A DNA stretch of 64,000 nucleotides from IMG/VR virus record IMGVR_UViG_3300030419_004303; one strand, 5' to 3'. Source of the DNA: an uncultured virus (IMG/VR IMGVR_UViG_3300030419_004303). Its lineage: Duplodnaviria > Heunggongvirae > Uroviricota > Caudoviricetes. The position numbers were made by a program, and so were the translations under genes. The notes beneath the pieces were generated by a model that was not told the origin of the DNA, did not search any database, and was given only the letters and a program-made list of their open reading frames with translations. Positions within the stretch are counted from its first letter, which is position 1; every line of letters starts with the position of its first letter. Of the stretch, positions 38,127 through 47,813 are shown piece after piece.

Positions 38127-41100
38127 TCCCCAAGGAAATAATCTCCCCCTTGCTCTGCTAAGTACTTACGCATATGAGAAAAATATTCTTCATATCTTTC
38201 TTTCTTCATCTGGCGTAGCTCTACGTTCTGCCCCATAATCTGTAGCATTCCTGGAGTAAGTTCCTCTGGTCTAAAACGACCACTGCCTAGAGCAGAAAAC
38301 CTTCCTTTAGGGAACAGAGACTTGCCTCTTTCAGCGACAAGCTCAGGAGAAACTCCGCCTTCCATCTCTACAAACTTAGGTGCATACCTCCTAAACTTCT
38401 CAGCAAGAACCCTGGAAATATTTACATTGTCTTCTGCAATAGCCCTTATCTCTGAAGAGCTCATAGGTTTATCTCTAACTAACTTATTTATTTTTTTACG
38501 TACTGCCAGTCTCTCTGTGTTCATCTGCCTAGCCAAGCTAGAAAAAGCAGCAGTAGGATCTATCTCATATGGTTTCAAAGGAACAGTTAAATCACGGACC
38601 GCATCTCCGATATCAAACTGCCCAGCTTCTGCGCTCGCAGCCATACCGCCAAGAACTTTTGCAGTAGGAGGACCATACGCTTCCCATGCAAAACTTTGAA
38701 TACCCTTCATAAACTTTGTATGGGGGCTATCATTATCAAACCAAATGGGCTGTCCTTTAGCATCCCTATTCTGCATGGTGTTAAAGAAAGATTGTGTAGC
38801 TATCTGCCCCTCAACAAAAGGTAGTCCAAAGAACTTAGACCCTGCATATAGCATAGCCTCATGAGGGGCATGACCCTGCTTTATCATTCTGGTAGCCGTA
38901 GGCACGGCATCCAACCACATTGCATATGGGTTCAAATAAGTTAAATCCCATGAGTAATACTTCCCATCCTTCTTAGTGTATAAGAAAGTATGGTCTCGCA
39001 AGTAAGAAGGAACACTTAACTGTAGAGCTTGGCGCATGTCATCATCCAAGTCATCCGCTGCGCTGTGTCCCATCACAGCAGTTAAGGCTACTAAGATAGG
39101 CTCACTAATTAATGATCCTGCAGCTGTTAGTGTACCCACTGAAGACATGCCAGTTAGCCTTGCGTACCCTCGTTTCTTAATGATGGGGTTGTCTGATTTT
39201 ATTTCTTTGAACGCTTGCCTATACGTGTTAATCATTATGCGAGGAACCTCCATTCGGAACCTAACATAAGGAGCAAACAAAACTCCTGCTGAAGATTGGT
39301 TCCACCCATCTACTAAAGGAGAGCTTTGCGAATAGAACTGGGCAGTCTTCTTAATGATATTAATTGCTTCCGCTTTAATCTGCTCATCCGTATGGGACGC
39401 ATAAGAATCTGGACCAGTATTATTATTATCAATATCGTGTTGCCTAGCTTTCTCTAACTCTTTCTTCTCGTGTAAGTAGTACCCAATCTTATACCAGGAA
39501 TCAGTAGCTAAGGATAATCTCTGTGCTTTACGTACAATATCTCTAGGAGTTATAAGTCCTTTCTTAGTTAAAGCTTTTCTAAGAGTCTTAATCAATGTGG
39601 TGTCTTCTTCTTCTGTAATCTCTGGTAGCCCATTAGCTTTCTGAAGCTCATTAAAGATAGCGAAGTTCTGTTGCTTAATAGATTCTGAATTTGTCCTGCC
39701 ATCTAGTATGTCGTTAAGCATAGCGGAAGTAAACTCAGGCTCCACTACTCCAAGTTCAATTAACTCAAGAACAACTTCGTTAATTCCTTTTGATTCTTTG
39801 CCAATACCTAATGCTCTTCTTGCCTCCCCCATTATCTTATCTATCCCTACGGGGAGCATACCTTGAGATAAAGGAAAGAACGTAAGGTTACCCGCCACGT
39901 TCCTAGTGTAGTACGTAGTACTACCCATAGTTTTAAATCCTAGAGAGTACCCCACTGATTTCCTTATAAAACTATTCAGTCCTTTAGCAGTCTCTTCTTC
40001 TAAACTATAAACTCTGTTAGCAGCCCCAGATTTGAAGTAAGCATGCATATCTGGAGGCATGTAATAATTCTTATCGGGATTAGCCAGCTCATTAAAAGAG
40101 GCTCTCATCCCTGTGGGCAATACACTATTCCCATCTGCATCAAATACAGGTTTAAAATTCTTAACCATCTCATAAAGTTCTGGGTCATTCTCTTGACCTT
40201 CCGTACTTATAATTTCTTTGTGCTCTTTTTCAGAAAAGAACCACCAATCTTTTTGATTGTCTCCCACTCTCCCCAAATTAAATAAGTTCTCCCCCTCTGC
40301 GATTGAGTTGGCAAACTGATTAACATTAGTCAGTGTCTGTACTATGTTGTAAGCTGGAAGTTCAACTTCTCCCATTGCTTGGCGTATAGCTTTTGGGATT
40401 TTCTTTTTGTGTTTAAGAATGTCTGTCTCATCTACCCCGTAATCCTGTATGTGTTGTATAAAATGATCGGCAAATTCCTGGTCCGATAGATCTTTAAAAA
40501 CCTGACTGCCCTGTTTGTTCAATCTGTTTTCTACCTCTTCGGCCTTCAGTAATTCTGACTTACGGAGCCACTCTAAATTGTTTTCTTCTATGGCTAACTT
40601 GTCTTGTTGAGCTATGGCTTCTGCCAACATCTTACGCCTTTCCTCTGCCACCATTTCTTTACCAGCTCTAACTCTTAGTGCTTCTAAATTAATATTATCT
40701 AAAGACTTAACCTCTTTGTCTTTAATGGCTGCACTATACTTAGGGTCTCTAAATATTTTATACGTCCTTGTTAAGTAGAAACCTTCTTGAGCATCAAAAC
40801 GTAATTTAATGCTAGAAAATTCTTTCAGCCCAGTGGCCTCAAGTTTCTTCGCAATTAGCTGAGAAGCTTCAGTTATTTTTGCACGAGCTGTTAGTACAAG
40901 ATCTGCCAACTCAGGGGACAGATCTGCCAACTCAGATATAGCAGCCTTAGTAATTCTTTTGTTCTCTTCACTTACTCTTATTTTTTCTTCTGCAATTGCT
41001 TCATTAAATTCTGCATCCGCTTCGACAAAAATTTCCTTTAGAGCTTGGGCATCGTTAGACTCATCTAATTTAGCGTTGTCTTTTTTAGTTATACGAACCT

Positions 41101-44100
41101 GATTGGCAGCGTTTTCAAACTCTTCTGATACCTCATTGCCATCTGTCCTACCCGAAGCCTTCTGCATAAGAGCTGTTATCTCTGGGGTCCAGCCACCTAT
41201 CTGTTTAACAGCATCATCAATAGCATTTATATATTGTTCAGACTCTGCCTTAACTCTTTCTAAAAAGCTTATCCTTCTTTCTTGTTCTCTCTTCCATCTA
41301 TGATCTACATTGCCCAGGAACAACTGCCAAAACTTTTTAATCCATCCTGTCTTTTGGTTTGCAGGAGCTGAATAAGCCCCTATCTCACCTATTGGAACTT
41401 CTAACCTCTGCTCTAACCCAGATTTTTCTTCGTCAATTTCGCTCTCCTCATTTGGGGCAACACTTGTGGAGACAACGGTTCTTATAAAATCTAAATGGTA
41501 GTCCTTCTCAGGATCAAAGGGCAGTATCTGTGTATGACTATCTTTAAATTGCCCACTCTCTAAATGAAGCTTTGCTCTTTTAAGTTGGGCGATCTTTGGT
41601 TTAGCTATATTAGCATCCGCCTCTGATATAGTACTGTCTAAGGATTGAATGGCTAGGGCTTTTAAACTAGGGAAAGCGTTCAATAATGAAAAAGTATTCC
41701 TAAGATTATACGAAGAAGATAAAGCTTCAGAAGAATATTTTTTAATTATATTAGATATAACATATCGAGCTGCGTCAGGTCTAATATTTCCATTATCATC
41801 CAATATAGTTTGTTTACTCCCCTCCTCATTCACAAGAAACATAGTGTTCAACGTGTCATTAGATTCCTTGGATAACAAAGACAACATCTGTGGCCCCACC
41901 TCGTTAGCTATTTCTTCTATAACTTTGGAGTCAACTACTTCAAGTAGTCCAGTTTCTAGCTCCTTTAAGTGCAGCTGTTGTTCAATAAGTTTCTTAGCAC
42001 TTTTAACAGTCTTAGTCTCATGTATAAGGGTAGCTAAACCATACACATTAACCGTCGCTACGTTACCATTAACAACTATAGGTGTGTGCGTAAATCTGGT
42101 GCGATAATCATAGATAAAGTCTAGCTCGCTTCCCTCTTCTATAGCTGCCATCAGTGAGTTCATGCTGGAAGCTACTCCTTTAGCATCCATAGATGCATTC
42201 TCTAGTATGCCTATATCAGGAGCTACATGGTTTAGAAGCTTATAAGATTCTGATGGAGCTACTGCGGTAACAATCCAATCCCCTTCCTCCCCTAGTTTAG
42301 GGCTAAGAGACATAGTTAAAGCTTTAAGAAAGGAAGATGCTTTTAAGCTATCAGCATCTACAATTGCCTTTCTTATTTTTTTATAGACTTCATTAGGAAC
42401 CTTAACCCCACTATCATTATTTTTGAATAGTGTTACCCCCTCTGTTTGTATGCGTTCAACTTTATCAGGAGCATCCTTACCTGCGAAGTCCCCCTCTACT
42501 TGTTTATACCATTCGATAAGAGCATCAACGGAAGCCTCTGTTAATTGCAGATTACCATTCGCTAACAGGTGGGCTTTGTACATCCCAAGCAAAGCCTCTT
42601 CTCTTTGCTCCAACATCTGTTTATCAACATCTTTCCCTGTAAATTTAGTGTTATTATAAGAATTCTTGTGGCCCTCCCACTCCACATCAAACTTAGATTC
42701 TTCTGCTATCTCCCCCTGTAAGTCTGCCTCCATGCGGGCATCCATAATAGAATCTTTTTGACCAAATCTTTGTGATAGTGGGATGACGTTGTCATTATTG
42801 TCACGGATGACAGGGTCTGCTGACCAGATCGAGGGGTCAGGTCCTGGGTTTTCTGCATCTGGTTTTTCAATTTGAAGGGTTTGATCTACGTCAGAGCCTG
42901 ATTCCCAATCCGTAAGATCTTCCCTACGTACATATGCTTTGGGGACATGGTTCTCTTGTTCCCAGTTATCTCCAGCATACTCTTCTTGATACTCACGTCC
43001 CTTTTCATTATCCACTGAAACCCAATCGCCAACCTCAATGTCTCTAAAAGGATGCTTCTTGGGGATCGTTTTCAGCACACGAGTAAGCCCTGCTGCCTCT
43101 GCAGCCTCATCAACCATCCGTTGTAATTCTTCCCTGTTGGCTTCTTCGTCTTCAGCTAACTCTAAATATTTAGCATCTGCCTCTGCATCTAACTTGGGAT
43201 CTTTTGCTATCTCCCCCTGTAAGTCTGCATCTATATAAGCTTCGATGTCTGCGGGTTCTGCTGCATTAAAATCAAGAACCTTCCCTTCAAGGGTGCTCCT
43301 TAATATATCCACATAAAAATCTTCAACCCCATCAAGATGTTCCCTAAGTTCCTTTGTTGCATTTTCATGAGCCCCTTGGTTCTCACTAGGAACTACGGAG
43401 GATTCAGGGTCAACGTAACCTCTAGTGTGCTCCACTACATCTTGTACGAATGCTAGGAACTCAGGAGACACGCCTTTGAATCTGTCGGCAAGGATCGCCT
43501 GATACTTAAAACGGTCACTACTCTTTATACCTTCAGGGTTATTACGGGAAATCTCAAGGAACTGTCTTGTAAACTCAGATACTATCTCGTCCTTAGACAT
43601 CTGAACATCCCCCTCCGCCTCCTCACCAGGAAGGTTGACATTACCTACATCATCAATACCTAAATGATCCGCAACTGACTCCCGTAAAGGAACATTGCCT
43701 TGAGCAAGAAGGCTGTCGTAAATCTTCTCTTGATGAGCCAAATAGAAATCAGAGAAAGGTGTTCGTGCATTAGGGTTTTCCCTGTTATATTTTTTCCACC
43801 TCTCTTTAATAAAATTAAATTCTGAAACATGAACTAATTCATGGGCAATATATTTATCTAATACCCCCTGCCTACTCGCTAAATCATCAATGTTATTGAG
43901 CTCATTTGCGAGGGCTCCAGCATCTATCTGCCACACAATTATAGGGTCTTGAGTATTTTCCCTTAGCACACCGACACGCATTGGTCTACCCCCATCAAGC
44001 TTTTTAATATCCAATACAATTTCTTGTTGTTTTTCCTGAGAGGGCTTCCAAGATTGAATGTACTTCTCAATTAATGGAATATCTATTTCACCACTAAAGT

Positions 44101-46747
44101 CAGGGGAGAATAGGCTAGTAGTAAGTGGTTTTGATTCTTGAACCTGTGATTCTTGAACCTCTGTATCTTCAACCATTACTTCTTGAACCTCTGATTCCCC
44201 AGCTTCCTCAGCCTCTACCTTGTCAGACTCAACCTGAGTATCTCTAAGGCTACGTAATTGTTCCGCACTGATATTAAGTCCACTCTCTTGCAAGGCAATG
44301 GCAGCGTTCTCGAAGGCTATGTCTTCAGCTTGCTTCTGAGGATCAAATGATTTACTCTGAGCTAAAGATTTAATTTTATTTAGACCTACTGTATAATTAC
44401 CAGCCAGAGTAATAGTACCACCTAACACTCCACCAAGGCTCATGGCATACATCGAATGGTTAATTCTATCTGCCATAGGTAGGAATTCATTTGTAGCACT
44501 TGTTTCTACAAATGAATTAACAAACTCATCGAGTCCTTCTTCAAGCCCCTCATGCACTGCACCACGAATAGTCTGGGCAAAGACTCCCTGATTCTTTGAC
44601 CCTACTAAATCTAATAACTTATTTTTAATTGGCTTCTTTAGTAAAGCCTTAGTAGTGCTATCATTAACCCACTCTGCTCCGCCTATACTTTTAAGAGAAT
44701 TTTTTAGCTGATGATAAGTAATTCCTTTTGATACAATATCTTCAGCACCTCCCATGTTAAGAGCTGAAAAGCCAGTTGTTATAGCTCCTGTAATAGTACC
44801 TCCAAGTAACCCTGGGCCTAAAGATTTATCATGTTTCTCCTCATGAGGCATATCATCAGGAAGAGAATTATATACAGTGGCATATGTTGCCCCAGCACTT
44901 CTATTAGCAGCCGTTAAAAACAAGGCAGACTTAATACCAAACTCTTTAGCTACAAGATCATTGTAGGCATTTAAAGCTGTTTTAGTTTTGGCGCTGTTTA
45001 TTCCAGACTCATCTATTAGTTGTCTAACTCTAGCACGGGTCATCCGCCTAGCTTTACTACCTGAAGTGCTATTAAGTATTTGAGAAGTTTTACTAGCTAC
45101 AATATTTTTAGTTTCAATAGACCCAATCTTTGATAACTTGCTCAGTTTACTGAGACCTCCCGCTACTAAAAAAGTAGCCCCAATATCGGCAACCACTTGT
45201 GACGTAGTGGTAGCAAGGTCATACCCAAATCCTAGATTCTCTCCAAATAAACTGGCAGTTTGTTTTCTGCTAGCTTCTTTTTTCTGGTGGTCGGCTAAGT
45301 ATTTTGCAGAAGTCTCGTCTCCTAACATAGCTCCTATAGAAGCTCCAATACCTACGACAGCGTTGGGGATAGATGCCCCTACTCCACCCCACCAGTTCTT
45401 AGACTGATCATAATTGTTCTTATCGTTTATAAAATTATCATAAAAAGCTTCAGGATTTTCTCTCAACCCATTTGGGTTTTCAGTTTTGTAAGAGGCCCAC
45501 CTATCACCTACCACAGAATCAAGATGTTCTTGAGACCACATCTTATCCATAGCGGGGAGTTGCGAGTTTATTATAAAATTATTCCTAGAGACTTTTAAAG
45601 CTTGGCGTTGCCTGTCCGATAGACGTTTATCTTGGCTAATAATTTCATAAAAGTCCCCTCTCTTCATTAACTCAGGGTGTGCAATAGGCAACCCCATTGG
45701 GGTTATGCGGATATTATTTTCATGATTGTCTGAGTCATACTTAAACACCCCTTGATTATTCGCATGGCTAATGGCTAATTCTTTAACAAGTTTAAAAAGC
45801 CTTTCATTGGTGTACCTATGCACATTATCGGGGCTTATCCCTGACATTTGTATATCTCCCCACCCTTCTCTCTTACCAATCTCCTTCATAAGGGTAGGTT
45901 GGATCTGTGCTATTTCAGGGGGTAACTTATCAGCTATGATCTGGTTAATATCTTCTGGCCTGTCAGCCCATAACTGACTCCACCAGCTGCCTTCTTTGCG
46001 ATAACTCTCAAGGTCAATAGTGTTTTGAATTGCTTCGCTTATTTTTATAGCAGTCTCTGATTCTGGATTAAGAAGTAATGTCTTTAAAGTTTCCAGATCT
46101 CGTTTGTCTAGATCAGCTTGAAATTTTGTTTTGTTAGGAATCCCTGATTCGCCTAACCCCTCCGCTACCTGCCATAAATCTCTAGGGTCTATAGCCCCAG
46201 CATGATATGCTTCAAGGGCTTGGTTTCCAGACACAGTAAAATTATCTGTAGAGGTTCCTTGTTGCCCATAATTACCTATATGCACCACTCCCACATCCCC
46301 TTCAACAAGAGAAGCAAAAGGAAGTTCTCCTGCTTGGAGCAAAGCTTTCTTGCTCCTATTTAAGTATTCATTTTTCTTTGAGTTATCTAAATCTGCCCAG
46401 TCTACAAGGGGAAAAACACGGGATACTAAAGCAGCCTCTTGGTTAGTCCCCAAAGTATACCCTGTAGACATGTTAGCAATGGCTCCGTATTCTTCATCGC
46501 TGACAGGTTTACCTCCAGTGTACCAATCAACGTAATAATCTTGAATTTCAGATTCTTTTTGCTGTGTCAGCTCACCTCGTTTAAGAGACTCAACACGATA
46601 ATAATCAAGGTAGTTAGGTAGATCTTCTTCAGTTGGTGTGCCAGGAGTACTATTAGTTTTCTTCCATTCAGGATATGCTAAATAAGATCCTAACTGATTT
46701 GCAACTGGTGTTGCAGTGGGTAATAGAGTAGAGCTGTCTGTGGCCAC
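38123..46747 (-). CDS. Giant internal virion / large polyvalent-type protein (2874 aa)
   Basis: Helical, Gly/Ala hydrophobic stretches, HELVH zincin motif, ART-like insert; last of three genes after the terminase. Confidence 0.7.
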   Translation of the reverse strand: MATDSSTLLPTATPVANQLGSYLAYPEWKKTNSTPGTPTEEDLPNYLDYYRVESLKRGELTQQKESEIQDYYVDWYTGGKPVSDEEYGAIANMSTGYTLGTNQEAALVSRVFPLVDWADLDNSKKNEYLNRSKKALLQAGELPFASLVEGDVGVVHIGNYGQQGTSTDNFTVSGNQALEAYHAGAIDPRDLWQVAEGLGESGIPNKTKFQADLDKRDLETLKTLLLNPESETAIKISEAIQNTIDLESYRKEGSWWSQLWADRPEDINQIIADKLPPEIAQIQPTLMKEIGKREGWGDIQMSGISPDNVHRYTNERLFKLVKELAISHANNQGVFKYDSDNHENNIRITPMGLPIAHPELMKRGDFYEIISQDKRLSDRQRQALKVSRNNFIINSQLPAMDKMWSQEHLDSVVGDRWASYKTENPNGLRENPEAFYDNFINDKNNYDQSKNWWGGVGASIPNAVVGIGASIGAMLGDETSAKYLADHQKKEASRKQTASLFGENLGFGYDLATTTSQVVADIGATFLVAGGLSKLSKLSKIGSIETKNIVASKTSQILNSTSGSKARRMTRARVRQLIDESGINSAKTKTALNAYNDLVAKEFGIKSALFLTAANRSAGATYATVYNSLPDDMPHEEKHDKSLGPGLLGGTITGAITTGFSALNMGGAEDIVSKGITYHQLKNSLKSIGGAEWVNDSTTKALLKKPIKNKLLDLVGSKNQGVFAQTIRGAVHEGLEEGLDEFVNSFVETSATNEFLPMADRINHSMYAMSLGGVLGGTITLAGNYTVGLNKIKSLAQSKSFDPQKQAEDIAFENAAIALQESGLNISAEQLRSLRDTQVESDKVEAEEAGESEVQEVMVEDTEVQESQVQESKPLTTSLFSPDFSGEIDIPLIEKYIQSWKPSQEKQQEIVLDIKKLDGGRPMRVGVLRENTQDPIIVWQIDAGALANELNNIDDLASRQGVLDKYIAHELVHVSEFNFIKERWKKYNRENPNARTPFSDFYLAHQEKIYDSLLAQGNVPLRESVADHLGIDDVGNVNLPGEEAEGDVQMSKDEIVSEFTRQFLEISRNNPEGIKSSDRFKYQAILADRFKGVSPEFLAFVQDVVEHTRGYVDPESSVVPSENQGAHENATKELREHLDGVEDFYVDILRSTLEGKVLDFNAAEPADIEAYIDADLQGEIAKDPKLDAEADAKYLELAEDEEANREELQRMVDEAAEAAGLTRVLKTIPKKHPFRDIEVGDWVSVDNEKGREYQEEYAGDNWEQENHVPKAYVRREDLTDWESGSDVDQTLQIEKPDAENPGPDPSIWSADPVIRDNNDNVIPLSQRFGQKDSIMDARMEADLQGEIAEESKFDVEWEGHKNSYNNTKFTGKDVDKQMLEQREEALLGMYKAHLLANGNLQLTEASVDALIEWYKQVEGDFAGKDAPDKVERIQTEGVTLFKNNDSGVKVPNEVYKKIRKAIVDADSLKASSFLKALTMSLSPKLGEEGDWIVTAVAPSESYKLLNHVAPDIGILENASMDAKGVASSMNSLMAAIEEGSELDFIYDYRTRFTHTPIVVNGNVATVNVYGLATLIHETKTVKSAKKLIEQQLHLKELETGLLEVVDSKVIEEIANEVGPQMLSLLSKESNDTLNTMFLVNEEGSKQTILDDNGNIRPDAARYVISNIIKKYSSEALSSSYNLRNTFSLLNAFPSLKALAIQSLDSTISEADANIAKPKIAQLKRAKLHLESGQFKDSHTQILPFDPEKDYHLDFIRTVVSTSVAPNEESEIDEEKSGLEQRLEVPIGEIGAYSAPANQKTGWIKKFWQLFLGNVDHRWKREQERRISFLERVKAESEQYINAIDDAVKQIGGWTPEITALMQKASGRTDGNEVSEEFENAANQVRITKKDNAKLDESNDAQALKEIFVEADAEFNEAIAEEKIRVSEENKRITKAAISELADLSPELADLVLTARAKITEASQLIAKKLEATGLKEFSSIKLRFDAQEGFYLTRTYKIFRDPKYSAAIKDKEVKSLDNINLEALRVRAGKEMVAEERRKMLAEAIAQQDKLAIEENNLEWLRKSELLKAEEVENRLNKQGSQVFKDLSDQEFADHFIQHIQDYGVDETDILKHKKKIPKAIRQAMGEVELPAYNIVQTLTNVNQFANSIAEGENLFNLGRVGDNQKDWWFFSEKEHKEIISTEGQENDPELYEMVKNFKPVFDADGNSVLPTGMRASFNELANPDKNYYMPPDMHAYFKSGAANRVYSLEEETAKGLNSFIRKSVGYSLGFKTMGSTTYYTRNVAGNLTFFPLSQGMLPVGIDKIMGEARRALGIGKESKGINEVVLELIELGVVEPEFTSAMLNDILDGRTNSESIKQQNFAIFNELQKANGLPEITEEEDTTLIKTLRKALTKKGLITPRDIVRKAQRLSLATDSWYKIGYYLHEKKELEKARQHDIDNNNTGPDSYASHTDEQIKAEAINIIKKTAQFYSQSSPLVDGWNQSSAGVLFAPYVRFRMEVPRIMINTYRQAFKEIKSDNPIIKKRGYARLTGMSSVGTLTAAGSLISEPILVALTAVMGHSAADDLDDDMRQALQLSVPSYLRDHTFLYTKKDGKYYSWDLTYLNPYAMWLDAVPTATRMIKQGHAPHEAMLYAGSKFFGLPFVEGQIATQSFFNTMQNRDAKGQPIWFDNDSPHTKFMKGIQSFAWEAYGPPTAKVLGGMAASAEAGQFDIGDAVRDLTVPLKPYEIDPTAAFSSLARQMNTERLAVRKKINKLVRDKPMSSSEIRAIAEDNVNISRVLAEKFRRYAPKFVEMEGGVSPELVAERGKSLFPKGRFSALGSGRFRPEELTPGMLQIMGQNVELRQMKKERYEEYFSHMRKYLAEQGGDYFLGD
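42685..43231. repeat. Imperfect 46-bp direct repeat pair (24-bp identical core), 501 bp apart
   Basis: tgctatctccccctgtaagtctgc at 42704-42727 and 43205-43228. Confidence 0.9.
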
Positions 46748-46768
46748 GACAAAGTATTATATGGTTAA

Positions 46769-47812
46769 TTATCTAGATGGTATTCCTAATGTGTCTAACG
46801 AAGCAGAGGAGCGGGCACTAGGATTTCTCCTAACACTTTGCCTAGCTCCTGGAATGCCCGTTGTTTTTCTCAATTCAAATATAAGGCTTCTGATATTTGC
46901 TTCAGGGCCTTGAAAAACTCCTCCCCAAGGATCCGTCTCAGTCTGAGGGGGCTTTTGTGCCCAAGCACTTAAATCTTTAAAGGCTTTTATTTCGGAAAGT
47001 CCTGCGGTTCTAGCTAAAGGTAATAGTCTTTCTGTAAATAATAAAACTTTTTGATGAGTAGGATCTGTTAAAGCATCATCTGCATAGGAATCAAGAGCCC
47101 TTAGTTGATCTTCATAAGCGGCTTCTTGTTTAGCTTGTAACTCATCCCTTTGTTTCTTCTCAGCAGCTTCTATTGCCCCCCTTCTAAGATCTTCATCAAC
47201 AATACCCATGGAATCAAACGTACTTCCTATTGCTTCTGTAGACCCAGAGCTTATAGCATCAGTAAGAATCTTAGCTTGTGCTGATTGTAGGTTAGGATTC
47301 TTCTGCATGGCAAATTGTTTAGTGGTCATTTCCATTAACTGTTTCCCTGTAGCAGTGTTAGTAAACTCTGGGTTTGATAAGAATTGATTAAACACGCTTC
47401 TAGATTGATCCTGTATAGGAGCTTCAGATTCCAAGATAGTAGATATTCTACCCGCCATCTCCGCATACTTTTCTTGGGCTTCTTTCTCCCTGCGAGCAGC
47501 ATCTTGAGCTGTCTTCAAATCGGATCTAAGCTTCTCTGCGGATAAAGCTCGTGATACATTTAATAAATCAGCACCCCTCTTTTTGGCGATTGCTGAATCC
47601 ATAGCATCTAATTTCCTACCATATGTTGAACGTATTTGTGGGCCGTTAGGCATGCCCAAAGACATCGCAAAGATGTCACTCTTCAAAGCTTGTATATCCT
47701 TATTGGAGTAATCCACATCAGGATCTGCAATAGACATCTGAGCATCGCCTATTAAGAAATCAAACTGTTTACCCATAACATCATAAGGGCTTTGGGTTTG
47801 CGCTCTAGCCAT
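46769..47812 (-). CDS. Putative internal virion (ejection) protein
   Basis: Ala/Gln-rich helical protein upstream of the giant gene; start MARAQ at 47812. Confidence 0.55.
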   Translation of the reverse strand: MARAQTQSPYDVMGKQFDFLIGDAQMSIADPDVDYSNKDIQALKSDIFAMSLGMPNGPQIRSTYGRKLDAMDSAIAKKRGADLLNVSRALSAEKLRSDLKTAQDAARREKEAQEKYAEMAGRISTILESEAPIQDQSRSVFNQFLSNPEFTNTATGKQLMEMTTKQFAMQKNPNLQSAQAKILTDAISSGSTEAIGSTFDSMGIVDEDLRRGAIEAAEKKQRDELQAKQEAAYEDQLRALDSYADDALTDPTHQKVLLFTERLLPLARTAGLSEIKAFKDLSAWAQKPPQTETDPWGGVFQGPEANIRSLIFELRKTTGIPGARQSVRRNPSARSSASLDTLGIPSR

Positions 47813-47813
47813 T

